The notes beneath the pieces were generated by a model, which was not told the origin of the DNA, searched no databases, and saw only the letters and a list, made by a program, of their open reading frames with translations. From Alphaproteobacteria bacterium (lineage in GTDB: Bacteria > Pseudomonadota > Alphaproteobacteria > Rs-D84 > SZUA-605), in contig JAVBPW010000001.1 in NCBI GenBank assembly GCA_031549385.1, positions 67,348-131,347 of the forward strand: a stretch of DNA of 64,000 nucleotides, written 5' to 3'. Made by a program: the position numbers and the translations under genes. This document shows, piece by piece, positions 31,067-40,566 of the stretch (positions are counted from its first letter, which is position 1; every line of letters starts with the position of its first letter).

Positions 31067-31915
31067 ATGAAAAAAATTTTACTATCAACTATCGCTACAT
31101 TAGCAGTATGTGGATCAGCTATGGCTGCTGACAGAGTATCAGTACTTGACCCAACATACCGTGCAAAAGAAGGTGTTGTTGCTGCTAATTTTGATGTATT
31201 CTTAAGAACAGGAGAAACAAAATCTGGCGATCATATGACAAACATATCTGCTTCTACATGGGAAGTTGGAGATGCTAACTTTGCTTATGGATTAACAGAT
31301 CGTTGGATGTTAACAGCTAAAGTTGCTGGTAATAATGTAAATGCTCTTGCTGTACTTAATCCTGCTTATAATGATGGAAATGCACAAATCGGAATTGATT
31401 ACCAAGTATTACCAGGAAAAGAATTTGGTATTAACTTATTTGGTAAATTAGGTCTTGGTTTAACAAAAGATACAGCTGCTGGTGGAGTAAGCATTCCTTT
31501 AGAACGTAATGATGTTACATTTGGTGCTAAATTCTTTGGAGCTTCTGGACAATTTGCATGGGGCGTTACTGCTGCTGCTTATTATGCTTTAGAATCAGAA
31601 CTTAAAACTCCTGCTAAAGTTACACTAGATGATAGAATGGATCTTTTATTATCTCTTGAAGCATTATATTCTTTGAACAAAGATTGGGCATTGAAAGCAC
31701 AATTTGATTTAAGAATGTATGGAGAACAAGAAAGCAACACAGGTATGAATATAGATAGTTTTGAAGATATGGCTTTAACATTTGGTGCAGTTTATTCTGT
31801 AAAAAACGTTGCAATTATGCCTTATTTTAAATATCACTTTGAAAATGAACTTGGTAATGCTGATATGGGCGACGATTATTATCAAATTGGTATGAAAATT
31901 GGATTTGATTTCTAA
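31067..31915 (+). CDS. Outer-membrane beta-barrel protein (porin/Omp25-like), C-terminal Phe
   Basis: SD aaaaGGAGataacc. Signal peptide MKKILLSTIATLAVCGSAMA. Alternating amphipathic strands. Terminal GFDF. Confidence 0.6.
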   Translation: MKKILLSTIATLAVCGSAMAADRVSVLDPTYRAKEGVVAANFDVFLRTGETKSGDHMTNISASTWEVGDANFAYGLTDRWMLTAKVAGNNVNALAVLNPAYNDGNAQIGIDYQVLPGKEFGINLFGKLGLGLTKDTAAGGVSIPLERNDVTFGAKFFGASGQFAWGVTAAAYYALESELKTPAKVTLDDRMDLLLSLEALYSLNKDWALKAQFDLRMYGEQESNTGMNIDSFEDMALTFGAVYSVKNVAIMPYFKYHFENELGNADMGDDYYQIGMKIGFDF

Positions 31916-31925
31916 TCTGAAATCA

Positions 31926-31953
31926 ATGATAAATAAAAATCCGGTTAAATGCC
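31926..31953 (+). terminator. Rho-independent terminator (aaaaatccggttaaatgccggattttttt)
   Basis: Perfect hairpin plus T-run after the OMP gene. Confidence 0.7.
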
Positions 31954-32017
31954 GGATTTTTTTGTTTCGGGTAAAACCATTAATACTCAATATTTAAAAA
32001 AGTGCCTTTTAGGCACT

Positions 32018-32159
32018 TTAATTTTATACTTGTTACAGGATGTCCTCAATGCTTTGCATCTGCGGGCTCCTCATACGAATTGAAAATTCTACTCGTCGGA
32101 CAAACCTGTTCCTCGTAAGTACTTCGGGATATAAAACCTAAATCCCAATATTAAAAAAG
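32018..32159. ncRNA. Candidate small structured RNA (unidentified), GC-rich island between two bidirectional terminator hairpins
   Basis: A stretch of about 45% GC in a 30% GC background. Bounded by hairpin 32001-32017 and hairpin 32160-32174, each flanked by an A-run and a T-run. Internal long-range helix ACAGGAUGUCC...GGACAAACCUGU and a GAAUU-GAAA-AAUUC hairpin. Confidence 0.25.
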
Positions 32160-32182
32160 GTGCCATAAAGGCACTTTTTTAA

Positions 32183-32258
32183 TGGTGGGCGTTACAGGAT
32201 TCGAACCTGTGACCCATTGATTAAGAGTCAATTGCTCTACCAACTGAGCTAAACGCCC
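32183..32258 (-). tRNA. tRNA-Lys (anticodon CUU)
   Basis: The reverse complement folds as a cloverleaf: GGGCGTT / AACGCCC acceptor, GTTCGAATC T-loop, anticodon loop CTCTTAA, 3' CCA encoded. Confidence 0.85.
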
Positions 32259-32387
32259 CAATACGTTTTTAAGATGGTATGAGTTTATATGTATCGTAAA
32301 AAAAAATCAAGACAAAATAAATTCCTTGATTTTTAATCAGGTTTTGTCGATAATTTCTTACTATATATTTAACCAAGGAGAAAACTT

Positions 32388-32606
32388 ATGAACATTACAC
32401 CAAAAGAAATTGAACTTTTAACTCAATACATTCAAAAGAAATTTGGTAATAAAGACCTTCGCTTTGTTAAAGGTTTGTCTGAAGATTCTGTTGAACTCCT
32501 TTTAAAAGATGAATTCATTGGAACTATTTATAAAGATGATGACAACGGTGACGTTTCTTATGATTTAAATATTTCTATCTTAGATTTTGATTTGAAAAAT
32601 TCATAA
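32388..32606 (+). CDS. DUF3126-like small protein (alphaproteobacterial)
   Basis: 72 aa. MNITPKEIELLTQYIQKKFGNKDLRFV...GDVSYDLNISILDFDL resembles DUF3126 family members. Recalled from memory, not searched. Confidence 0.45.
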   Translation: MNITPKEIELLTQYIQKKFGNKDLRFVKGLSEDSVELLLKDEFIGTIYKDDDNGDVSYDLNISILDFDLKNS

Positions 32607-32663
32607 CTTATGAAATTATTAAAAATAAGGTTTTTAACAATTTAACAAGTTTAATAATAATTT
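32604..32663 (+). repeat. 60-bp dispersed hairpin repeat, copy A
   Basis: ataacttatgaaattattaaaaataaggtttttaacaatttaacaagtttaataataatt. Starts at the stop codon of the DUF3126 gene. Confidence 0.7.
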
Positions 32664-32684
32664 TTTATTTTAATTTATTATTTT

Positions 32685-33695
32685 TTAAGATTTTAGTTCT
32701 TCAAGTGGCCAACGTGGTCGTGGAGTTGTATTTAATGAGCTAAATTGATTTAGCTTTGCATTTTCCAACCCAGCGACTGCTATCATTACACCATTGTCTG
32801 TACATAGCTTTGGGTCTGGAATATGAGTATCCACACCTAATTTATTTGCTACATCTGTCAGAGTTTGTCTTAATTCAGAATTACGAGCTACCCCTCCTGA
32901 TACAACTAATGTTTTTAAGCCTGTTTCTTTTAATGCTCTTTGAACTTTCTTTTCAAAACATTTACATAATGCAGATTGAAATGATGCACATAAATCATAT
33001 TTGTCTTGTTCAGTTTTAATTTCACCTTTTGCAACTATATTTCTTACAGCACTTTTCATTCCTGAAAAAGAAAAATTACAATTGTCTTCATTAATTAATG
33101 GAAGAGGTAATTTAAATCTTTTACTATCACCCTGCTTTGCAAGTGCGTCAATTTTTCCGCCACCTGGATATTCATAGCCTAATAATTTTGCTACTTTATC
33201 AAATGCCTCCCCTGCTGCATCGTCAATTGTTGTTCCAAGAATTGTAAAATCATTTGTGCCTTTTACTTCCAATATCTGACAATGACCCCCAGAAGTTAAT
33301 ACTAATAAAAAGGGATAGTTAGTATTATGAGTTAATCTGGACATTAATGCATGACCTTGTAAATGATTTACTGCCATATATGGTTTACCAGTTGCATAGC
33401 AAATTGATTTTGCAAATGTTGTTCCTATTAATAAACCACCTATTAACCCTGGCCCTGAAGTTGCTGCTATTACATCTATATCTTCTAATTTTAAATTAGC
33501 TTGTTTTAGAGCCTCATTAAATAAAATGTCTATTTTTTCTATATGACTTCTTGAGGCAATTTCTGGAACTACCCCACCATATACTGAATGTAAATCAATT
33601 TGAGAATACAATACATTTGCTAAAATCTCATATTTATCGTTGATTATAGCAATACCTGTTTCGTCGCAACTTGTTTCTATACCTAATACTATCAT
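32685..33695 (-). CDS. tsaD: tRNA N6-adenosine threonylcarbamoyltransferase TsaD (Kae1/Gcp)
   Basis: MIVLGIETSCDETG N-terminus and HMxxH-type metal motif (VNHLQGH). Confidence 0.85.
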   Translation of the reverse strand: MIVLGIETSCDETGIAIINDKYEILANVLYSQIDLHSVYGGVVPEIASRSHIEKIDILFNEALKQANLKLEDIDVIAATSGPGLIGGLLIGTTFAKSICYATGKPYMAVNHLQGHALMSRLTHNTNYPFLLVLTSGGHCQILEVKGTNDFTILGTTIDDAAGEAFDKVAKLLGYEYPGGGKIDALAKQGDSKRFKLPLPLINEDNCNFSFSGMKSAVRNIVAKGEIKTEQDKYDLCASFQSALCKCFEKKVQRALKETGLKTLVVSGGVARNSELRQTLTDVANKLGVDTHIPDPKLCTDNGVMIAVAGLENAKLNQFSSLNTTPRPRWPLEELKS

Positions 33696-33783
33696 GCAAA
33701 GTCTTTTAACAAATCTTTTAGAATTTCACAAGAGAAAAGTTTTTCCTTTATTTAATTGTTATTTTGCTTTATAATTTGTTCTT

Positions 33784-34458
33784 ATGACAATGTTTATTAA
33801 CGAATTTGATATTATCCTTTTTTTAGTAGTTCTTATTACAGCATTCTTTGGATATAAAAGAGGCTTTTCAAGAGAAACACTTTCTATTGGTGCTTGGATA
33901 CTTGCTATTATTACTACTAATTTTTTTGCACCACATTTAAGAGATTTGTTAATTAAATCTTTTGAACTGTCTGATATACTTTGTGCCCTTATTGCATATT
34001 TTGTTATTTTTTTAATTTTTATTGTTATTTTTTCTTACTTTGTAAAAAAAGCATCAATCATATTACATAAAACAGAATTTAAATCTATTGATCAGGGATT
34101 AGGATTTTTATTTGGAATTATTAAAGGAATTGCTTTTTGCTGTTTGATTTATATTTTTATGATTTGGTTAATACCTATAAAAGAAAAACGTCCTGACTGG
34201 TTCAATAATGCAAGGTCAGAACCATTTTTGAAAATAGCTTCAGAATCATTGGAAACTTTACTTATTCCTGATACTAAGAATTCTATTCTACGAAAAGAAA
34301 AACCTTCTAAACTTGATCTTTTAAATAATAATGATTCATATGAATTATTATTGAAACCTGCTATTAAAAATAAAGGCGATCAAAACTCTGATAAAGTTGG
34401 ATATACTTCTGAAGAGCGAAAGAGTTTAGAAAAAGTTCTTTTCCAAATAGCTAACTAA
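33784..34458 (+). CDS. cvpA: CvpA-family membrane protein
   Basis: 224 aa, 4 TM. D(I/L)ILFLVV / GYKRGF N-terminus is typical of colicin V production protein. Confidence 0.55.
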   Translation: MTMFINEFDIILFLVVLITAFFGYKRGFSRETLSIGAWILAIITTNFFAPHLRDLLIKSFELSDILCALIAYFVIFLIFIVIFSYFVKKASIILHKTEFKSIDQGLGFLFGIIKGIAFCCLIYIFMIWLIPIKEKRPDWFNNARSEPFLKIASESLETLLIPDTKNSILRKEKPSKLDLLNNNDSYELLLKPAIKNKGDQNSDKVGYTSEERKSLEKVLFQIAN

Positions 34459-34543
34459 TCTGTTTTACATTTAATTTTTTGTTAAAAAGTCTTGTATAAA
34501 GACTATTTTTGAGGTATAATTGATGCCATAGGAGAGGTCTTTA

Positions 34544-35734
34544 ATGAAGAAATTATTTTTGTTAGCTTTCGCTGTTGTGTTCTCAGCTTGCTTTTTTGTA
34601 TCGCAACAATCTTACGCTCAAGCTGTGAGAGGACATTCTGTTTATAACAAAACTAGACCTACTGGAACTGGAAAAAATCCTTATTATTTTACTCGAACAA
34701 GAAAAGCTATGTCTTTTAGTAAAGATGATTGCGAATATGAAATAAAACTTTGTTTGGATGAATATTGCTATGACGAATTTGACGGATATAAAAATTGCCG
34801 TGATAAAAATATAGAAGAATTTAATCAAGTTATTGATAGCTGCTTTACTGGTATGCCTTCAGCAGTTTTGCGTGATACTTACAGAAATCAATGTAAATCT
34901 TATATTGTTTCTGGGGTTAATTCTTATGTAAAACAAATGAAACAATTCTTGAATTACCAAACAACTATGAAAGAATGCGATAATGCAAAAGATATGGTGC
35001 GAGCTGCTCAAGCTTGTTATGGAATTGCTATTACTAAAGGTGCTAATTCTTGGAATAAAGATTTAAGAAATACTCTTGATCTTGCTTGTGGAAGTTCTGT
35101 AGCTGGTGGTTCTGATATTATGGTTGAAGAATTCTTCAGTGCTGGATACATGGGTACTGATGGAGCTGGTTGGTTAGCAAATTTTGGTATGCTTAACTTT
35201 ACTTCAAAGAAAAATGGATGGGAAAAAGTTATTGATGCTATTTTAGCTAGATATATTGATATCAAAAAGACAGAATGTGGCGAAGGAGAATATGATGTTT
35301 CTCAAGTTGGACAAGCCGCTTCTCAATTACAATCTCAAGGTGACGCTCTTCGAGTTGGAGTTGCTGCTGGAATAGTTGCTAATGTTGCTGAAAAACAACA
35401 AGAAAAGCAAGTAATTGAAGAAGCTTCTGTAATCTATCTTGACCTTGTTGGTAAAATATCTGGATATACTCATGAAGATTTGAAGATTGCTTTACAAAAC
35501 TATAAGAGTAACACAAATATACTTGGTAACCCTGCTGTTATTATTGATTACCTAAAAGGTAGTGCTGCTAAGATTAAAGAAGGCACATTAATTGCTGTTA
35601 AGACAGAATCTGGATGCTATGCATATAGAGTTAATGATGCACGCGCTTCTTCCTTGACAAAGTTGGGAACTGATAATATTAATAAATATACAGCTTCTAA
35701 CCCACAATTGAAAGCTGCTTTGAATTGTAAGTAA
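34544..35734 (+). CDS. Secreted Cys-rich protein (396 aa), shares C-x6-C-x4-C-x7-9-C motif with the 719-aa protein
   Basis: Signal peptide MKKLFLLAFAVVFSACFFVSQQSYAQA. 16 Cys. SD GGAGAGG. Confidence 0.55.
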   Translation: MKKLFLLAFAVVFSACFFVSQQSYAQAVRGHSVYNKTRPTGTGKNPYYFTRTRKAMSFSKDDCEYEIKLCLDEYCYDEFDGYKNCRDKNIEEFNQVIDSCFTGMPSAVLRDTYRNQCKSYIVSGVNSYVKQMKQFLNYQTTMKECDNAKDMVRAAQACYGIAITKGANSWNKDLRNTLDLACGSSVAGGSDIMVEEFFSAGYMGTDGAGWLANFGMLNFTSKKNGWEKVIDAILARYIDIKKTECGEGEYDVSQVGQAASQLQSQGDALRVGVAAGIVANVAEKQQEKQVIEEASVIYLDLVGKISGYTHEDLKIALQNYKSNTNILGNPAVIIDYLKGSAAKIKEGTLIAVKTESGCYAYRVNDARASSLTKLGTDNINKYTASNPQLKAALNCK

Positions 35735-35747
35735 AGGATAGTTTTTT

Positions 35748-36819
35748 ATGTACGATATTAAAATTCAGATTGATGAAATCAAGAATAACCTAGATATCAT
35801 TGCGAGGTATCTTTGATATTCCTTCGTTGGAAAATCGACTTTTGGAAATAAACAAACAAGTGGAAAATCCTAAATTTTGGGATGATAATGCTCTTGCTTC
35901 TTCAACATTAAAAGAAAAAAAATCAATAGAAGATAAATTAACAAGCTATAAATTAGCTTTTGAATCTTTAAAAAATTTACATGAAATGTATGATTTTTTA
36001 CAAAACCAGAACGACTTATCATTAATTGATGAACTTGATAAACAAGTTAAAAAAGATTTAAAAAATTCTGAATTGTTAAAAATCCAAGTTAAGTTTGTTG
36101 ATGAAATAGATAAATCAGGATGCTATCTTGAAATTCATAGCGGTGCTGGTGGTACTGAGGCTTGCGATTGGGCTAATATGATTAAAGATATGTATATTAA
36201 TTTTGCTAATAAACGTGGATTTAAATTAGAAATTGTTGATGAACTTGATGGAGATGTTGCTGGAATAAAATCTGCTACATTACAAATCGACGGAATGTAT
36301 GCTTATGGATGGTTGAAAAATGAAAGCGGAGTTCATAGATTAGTTCGAATTTCTCCTTTTGATTCTACTGGTAAACGTCATACCTCTTTTGCTTCTGTTT
36401 GGGTTTATCCTATTGTTGATGATAGTATTAATATTGAAATAAATGAAAAAGATTTAAGAATTGATACTTATAGAGCATCGGGGGCTGGTGGGCAACATAT
36501 TAATAAAACTGATAGCGCTGTTAGAATTACTCATATTCCTACAAACACTATTGTGCAATGCCAAAGTGAGAGGTCTCAACATAAAAATAAAGATATGGCT
36601 ATGAAAATGTTGAAAAGTAAATTGTATGAACTTCAACTTCAAGAAAAACAAGCTGAACTTGATAAACAAAATGCAACCAAGAACAAAATAGAATGGGGTT
36701 CTCAAATAAGGTCTTATGTTATGCAACCTTATACAAAAGTTAAAGATTTAAGAACTGATATTGAAACTCCTGATGTTGATTCTGTACTTGCTGGAGATCT
36801 TGAAGTATTTATAAATTAA
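35748..36819 (+). CDS. prfB: Peptide chain release factor 2, with programmed +1 frameshift at CTT TGA (35811-35816)
   Basis: Frame-1 MYDIKIQIDEIKNNLDIIARYL stops at a TGA that is preceded by AGG TAT CTT, the classic RF2 shift site. The +1 frame continues DIPSLENRL...SGAGGQHINKTDSAVRITHIPT (GGQ motif). Confidence 0.85.
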
Positions 36820-36908
36820 CTATATTTTTATTGGTTAATTTTTCAATTGTGTTTTCTTTTTGAATAGTTTAAAATATTATTAGAAATATAAAAAGGGTGA
36901 GGAAGGCT

Positions 36909-37613
36909 ATGAAAAAGTTACTATCTGTAATGGCAATTTTATTACTTTCAGCTTGTATGAATAATTCAAGTGAAGAAAAGAAATCTTTTGCTATGTATGA
37001 TGAACCAAATGGACCAAAAACAATTGAAGCTCAACAAAAAGCTCAAGGTATTACAACTACTACAAATGAAAGCGGTGAGAAAGTTCAACAAGTTGACCCA
37101 AATCAAGCAGCTCTTTATGGAGACCAATACTTAAGCCGTGATACTTTGTATATGATTGATAAATCATTCAAGTATGATTCTTGGAATGAATCAAGAACTT
37201 TTACAGAAGCTGAAAAAGAAGCTTTGGCAGAAAAATGGAAAGAAAGTAAAATTACTACAAAATATCATTATTATCATGGTAATGTTATAAAAGTTGATAC
37301 TTTGAAAAGTGCAAGAGATTTACGTGAAATGAGATTACGTTTTTATTATGGTGAAAATGATGGTTTTAATGATGGCGATATAAATCATGTTCTTTCTAAT
37401 GTTGCTCAAAATATAGTTAAAGAAACTTGCGGACGCGGTGCTGTGGATGCTTTAATTGTTTATGACAGACCAAGTGCTGATATAAGAAAACCAACTGCTT
37501 TTTATAGATATCAAGTTATGGAAACAGGAGTTGCTGTTAGAGAGTTTGGATTTAGATGTATGTATCCTGGAACTCATATTGGTGGCGAAATAACTTGTGC
37601 AGATTTTAAATAA
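36909..37613 (+). CDS. Putative lipoprotein (234 aa), unknown function
   Basis: SD GGTGAGGAAGG. Lipobox LLLSAC. Four Cys near the C-terminus. Confidence 0.5.
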   Translation: MKKLLSVMAILLLSACMNNSSEEKKSFAMYDEPNGPKTIEAQQKAQGITTTTNESGEKVQQVDPNQAALYGDQYLSRDTLYMIDKSFKYDSWNESRTFTEAEKEALAEKWKESKITTKYHYYHGNVIKVDTLKSARDLREMRLRFYYGENDGFNDGDINHVLSNVAQNIVKETCGRGAVDALIVYDRPSADIRKPTAFYRYQVMETGVAVREFGFRCMYPGTHIGGEITCADFK

Positions 37614-37623
37614 AGTAGTAGAT

Positions 37624-38259
37624 ATGAACAAAATTAAATCAATTGCTGTTTTTTGCAGCGCTAGTTTTGATGACAGAAAATCACAATATTATATTCAAAC
37701 TTTAGAAGTTGGAAAGAGAATTGGCCAAGGCAGATTCCGTTTAGTTTATGGCGGATCTGAAACTGGTCTTATGGGAGCTGTAGCTCGTTCTGCTTTAAAG
37801 AATGGAGCTAAGGTGTTAGGAGTAACTACTCCAGAAGTTCTTAGCTTAGAGAGACCTTTAAAAGGTACTAAAGTTGAATTAGTAAAAACTCTACAAGAAA
37901 GAAAACGAATGATGATACAAGAAGCTGATGCCTTTATTATACTTGGTGGCGGAATCGGTACTATTGATGAAGTTTTTGACGTTCTTGTTGGACAGCAAAT
38001 TAATGAACATAAGAAACCTATGTTTCTCGTAAATACTAATAATTTTTTTGTTCCATTGGTTAATTATGTAACCTTTTTGTCAGAACAAGGCTTTTTGTCT
38101 TCTTTAACAATTAAAAGAATGAAAATAAACTTAGTAAAAGATGCTGCAGAAGCATTTGAACAAATTTCAAAAATTAATAATAAAGGAAAAATAAATGGAA
38201 AAACATGTAAAGCAACCAAAACAATCAACACTAAAACCAAGAAACAAAAAGCGTATTAA
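37624..38259 (+). CDS. LOG-family (TIGR00730, YgdH/YvdD-like) nucleotide 5'-monophosphate nucleosidase
   Basis: Reads VFCSASFDD...VYGGSETGLMGAVA...ILGGGIGTIDEVFD, matching LOG-family motifs (GGGxGTxxE). Confidence 0.65.
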   Translation: MNKIKSIAVFCSASFDDRKSQYYIQTLEVGKRIGQGRFRLVYGGSETGLMGAVARSALKNGAKVLGVTTPEVLSLERPLKGTKVELVKTLQERKRMMIQEADAFIILGGGIGTIDEVFDVLVGQQINEHKKPMFLVNTNNFFVPLVNYVTFLSEQGFLSSLTIKRMKINLVKDAAEAFEQISKINNKGKINGKTCKATKTINTKTKKQKAY

Positions 38260-38854
38260 GCATTCAAGATATTTTGTTATAGCACTTATTATTTATGTGT
38301 TACTTACAAAGACAGATACATTATTACTTGGAAACTATCTTCCTGATTTTTTAAATGATCAATTTGGATTTTTATTAGTTATACTTGGAGCATTAGGCAG
38401 ATTTTATTCTATGCTTTTTATTGGCGGAAAAAAAGACAGAAAAATTGTTACAGATGGACCTTTTTCTGTAGTTAGAAATCCTCTTTATGTATGTTCTTTT
38501 ATAGCATTAATTGGATTTTTACTTATGCTTGGAAGAATTGATGTAGCAATTGTAGTTTTACCATTATTTATGTTTTACTACAAAGATACAGTTGCAAGAG
38601 AAGAAGCTAATTTGGAAGCTGAATTTGGAAAAGAATATATGGATTATAAAAAGAAAACTCCTAAATATATTCCTAATTTTAAAATCTGGAAAGCACCAGA
38701 ATATATTGAAGTTAAAACTTCTGTTATGAGAAAATATTTTATATTCTTATTATGTTTTGTAATTGCTATTCCTTTACTACAATGGCTTGAAAAATTCAAA
38801 GAAACATACCGTGAATTTGGTTTAATTGATTTAGATAAATTATTAGGTCTATAA
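38195..38854 (+). CDS. Membrane methyltransferase of the ICMT/PEMT family
   Basis: Polytopic. Reads VVRNPLYV...EEANLEAEFGKEYMDYKKKTP, the C-terminal signature of isoprenylcysteine / phospholipid methyltransferases. Start uncertain because it overlaps the LOG gene. Confidence 0.55.
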   Translation: MEKHVKQPKQSTLKPRNKKRIKHSRYFVIALIIYVLLTKTDTLLLGNYLPDFLNDQFGFLLVILGALGRFYSMLFIGGKKDRKIVTDGPFSVVRNPLYVCSFIALIGFLLMLGRIDVAIVVLPLFMFYYKDTVAREEANLEAEFGKEYMDYKKKTPKYIPNFKIWKAPEYIEVKTSVMRKYFIFLLCFVIAIPLLQWLEKFKETYREFGLIDLDKLLGL

Positions 38855-38940
38855 TATATAAACAAAATATATAAACTTAATCCCATATGAAAATCTGGGA
38901 TTTAATTTTGTAAGATTTAGATATTAATTTGAGATAAATT

Positions 38941-39000
38941 ATAACTTATGAAATTATTAAAAATAGGTTTTTTAACAATTTAACAAGTTTAATAATAATC
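38941..39000 (+). repeat. 60-bp dispersed hairpin repeat, copy B
   Basis: ataacttatgaaattattaaaaataggttttttaacaatttaacaagtttaataataatc. Identical to copy A at 59 of 60 positions. Confidence 0.7.
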
Positions 39001-39033
39001 ACTTATTTTTGCATTTTATTTTAAATAAAATAA

Positions 39034-39108
<75 letters not shown>

Positions 39109-39151
39109 TTATGACCACATATAATATCTTTTATTTTTAATTTTGCAATTA

Positions 39152-39691
39152 TTATATTAGATAGTTTATGTTTTCAAGAGTTGCTTTTGTAGCTCTTATA
39201 TTAACTGTTATAATAACCATTATATCGTCTTCGTTTTCTTGATTTAATAAATGAGTTGTATTTATTATTAACTTACTTACATATCTGTCATCATCAAGAA
39301 GTGTAAATATTGGTTGGCTTTTATCTATATTTTCCGGGATTTCATGAATATCTTGTGGACGGCGAAGGCCATCAAGAAGAGTTTTCATTCTGTTATCTAT
39401 ATCAGCACGTGGAGTTTGAGCCAGCTCTGGTAAAAGAAGCTGTATATCCAGTTCTGCTAATAAATTTAATTCTGGAGTGATTAGGGAAATAAAATCTACA
39501 CCACCTACTGTTTTTATTATAGATTTTTTATTTTGATCTTTTCTTATATATTGTTTTAACTCATTATAAGGAGTTATTTCAAAAAGAGTTCTCATTTGTT
39601 CACTGAACTTTTCACGAAGATCATGAATATGCTTTGTTCTTTTTTTAGGATTAATCTTAACTTGCCCACGATAAACTAATTTAAATTTCAT
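39152..39691 (-). CDS. Hypothetical protein (179 aa), last gene of tRNA-Thr-adjacent islet
   Basis: SD GAAGGAAG. Overlaps the upstream gene by 11 nt. No motif recognised. Confidence 0.5.
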   Translation of the reverse strand: MKFKLVYRGQVKINPKKRTKHIHDLREKFSEQMRTLFEITPYNELKQYIRKDQNKKSIIKTVGGVDFISLITPELNLLAELDIQLLLPELAQTPRADIDNRMKTLLDGLRRPQDIHEIPENIDKSQPIFTLLDDDRYVSKLIINTTHLLNQENEDDIMVIITVNIRATKATLENINYLI

Positions 39692-40076
39692 TTTTTACTT
39701 CCTTCATTTTGCATGTTTTTTCTGGAGTTATATATCCATATTCTTTCATTTTTTTTGTTTTTGAATCTATCGAATAACAATTTTCTTCATTACCATATAT
39801 TTCATCACCTTCTGGAGTTTTTCCTATATATTTTTCATTTTCCACATGACAGTCAAATATTGGATCTATGATATAAAATTCCATACCACCACCATTCTTT
39901 GCAATAGAAACACAGGTTTTATCTTTATTTCTGATTATTCCATAACCATCTTCACGCATTCCAACATATTCATATTCTGGAGTTCCTTTAATTAATCTGG
40001 TAATTGGTTTTGATATGCAAATTCCAATTAATATTCCTAATATTAATAATATTACTAAAGATATATTTTTTTTCAT
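39681..40076 (-). CDS. Small secreted/lipoprotein-like Cys-containing protein, paralog 2 (131 aa)
   Basis: N-terminus MKKNISLVILLILGILIGICIS. Shares RLIKGxPEYEYxG...KYIGKTPxGDEIYG.E..CY.I.SKTKK with the 119-aa neighbour. SD AAGGAAAT. Confidence 0.5.
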   Translation of the reverse strand: MKKNISLVILLILGILIGICISKPITRLIKGTPEYEYVGMREDGYGIIRNKDKTCVSIAKNGGGMEFYIIDPIFDCHVENEKYIGKTPEGDEIYGNEENCYSIDSKTKKMKEYGYITPEKTCKMKEVKNEI

Positions 40077-40088
40077 CTAATTTCCTTA

Positions 40089-40448
40089 TTAATTACATCC
40101 TATTTCTAAATTTTCGTAAGAATGCTCTATAACTTTTTTAGTTTTAGAATTTATAGTATAGCAATCTCCTTCACTTCCATATATTTCATCACCTTGCGGA
40201 GTTTTTCCTATATATTTTTCAAATCCCCAATAACAACCATGTGAAGGATCTAAATTACCCCCCATTCTGTAACCAAGAGTTTTTGAAATAAGAGTACAAG
40301 ATTTATCTTTATATCTGATTAAACTATAACCTTCTTCATTTTCCCCAATATATTCAAATTCAGGAGGTCCTTTAATTAATCTTATAACTGAGTTTGATAT
40401 ACATATACCTATTAAGATTCCTAAAATTAAAGCTAATATTCTTTTCAT
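40089..40448 (-). CDS. Small secreted/lipoprotein-like Cys-containing protein, paralog 1 (119 aa)
   Basis: N-terminus MKRILALILGILIGICIS. Four Cys. SD AAAGGAT. Confidence 0.5.
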   Translation of the reverse strand: MKRILALILGILIGICISNSVIRLIKGPPEFEYIGENEEGYSLIRYKDKSCTLISKTLGYRMGGNLDPSHGCYWGFEKYIGKTPQGDEIYGSEGDCYTINSKTKKVIEHSYENLEIGCN

Positions 40449-40503
40449 ATTTTATCCTTTATTATTTAATGATTATACCATAAAAGAATTGGAAATTGAA
40501 GTG

Positions 40504-40563
40504 CCCTATTAAAATGTGAAAAACAGGGTTTTTAACAATTTAACAGGACTAATAACAATAATT
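40504..40563 (+). repeat. 60-bp dispersed hairpin repeat, copy C
   Basis: cctattaaaatgtgaaaaacagggtttttaacaatttaacaggactaataacaataatt. Confidence 0.6.
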
Positions 40564-40566
40564 ATT

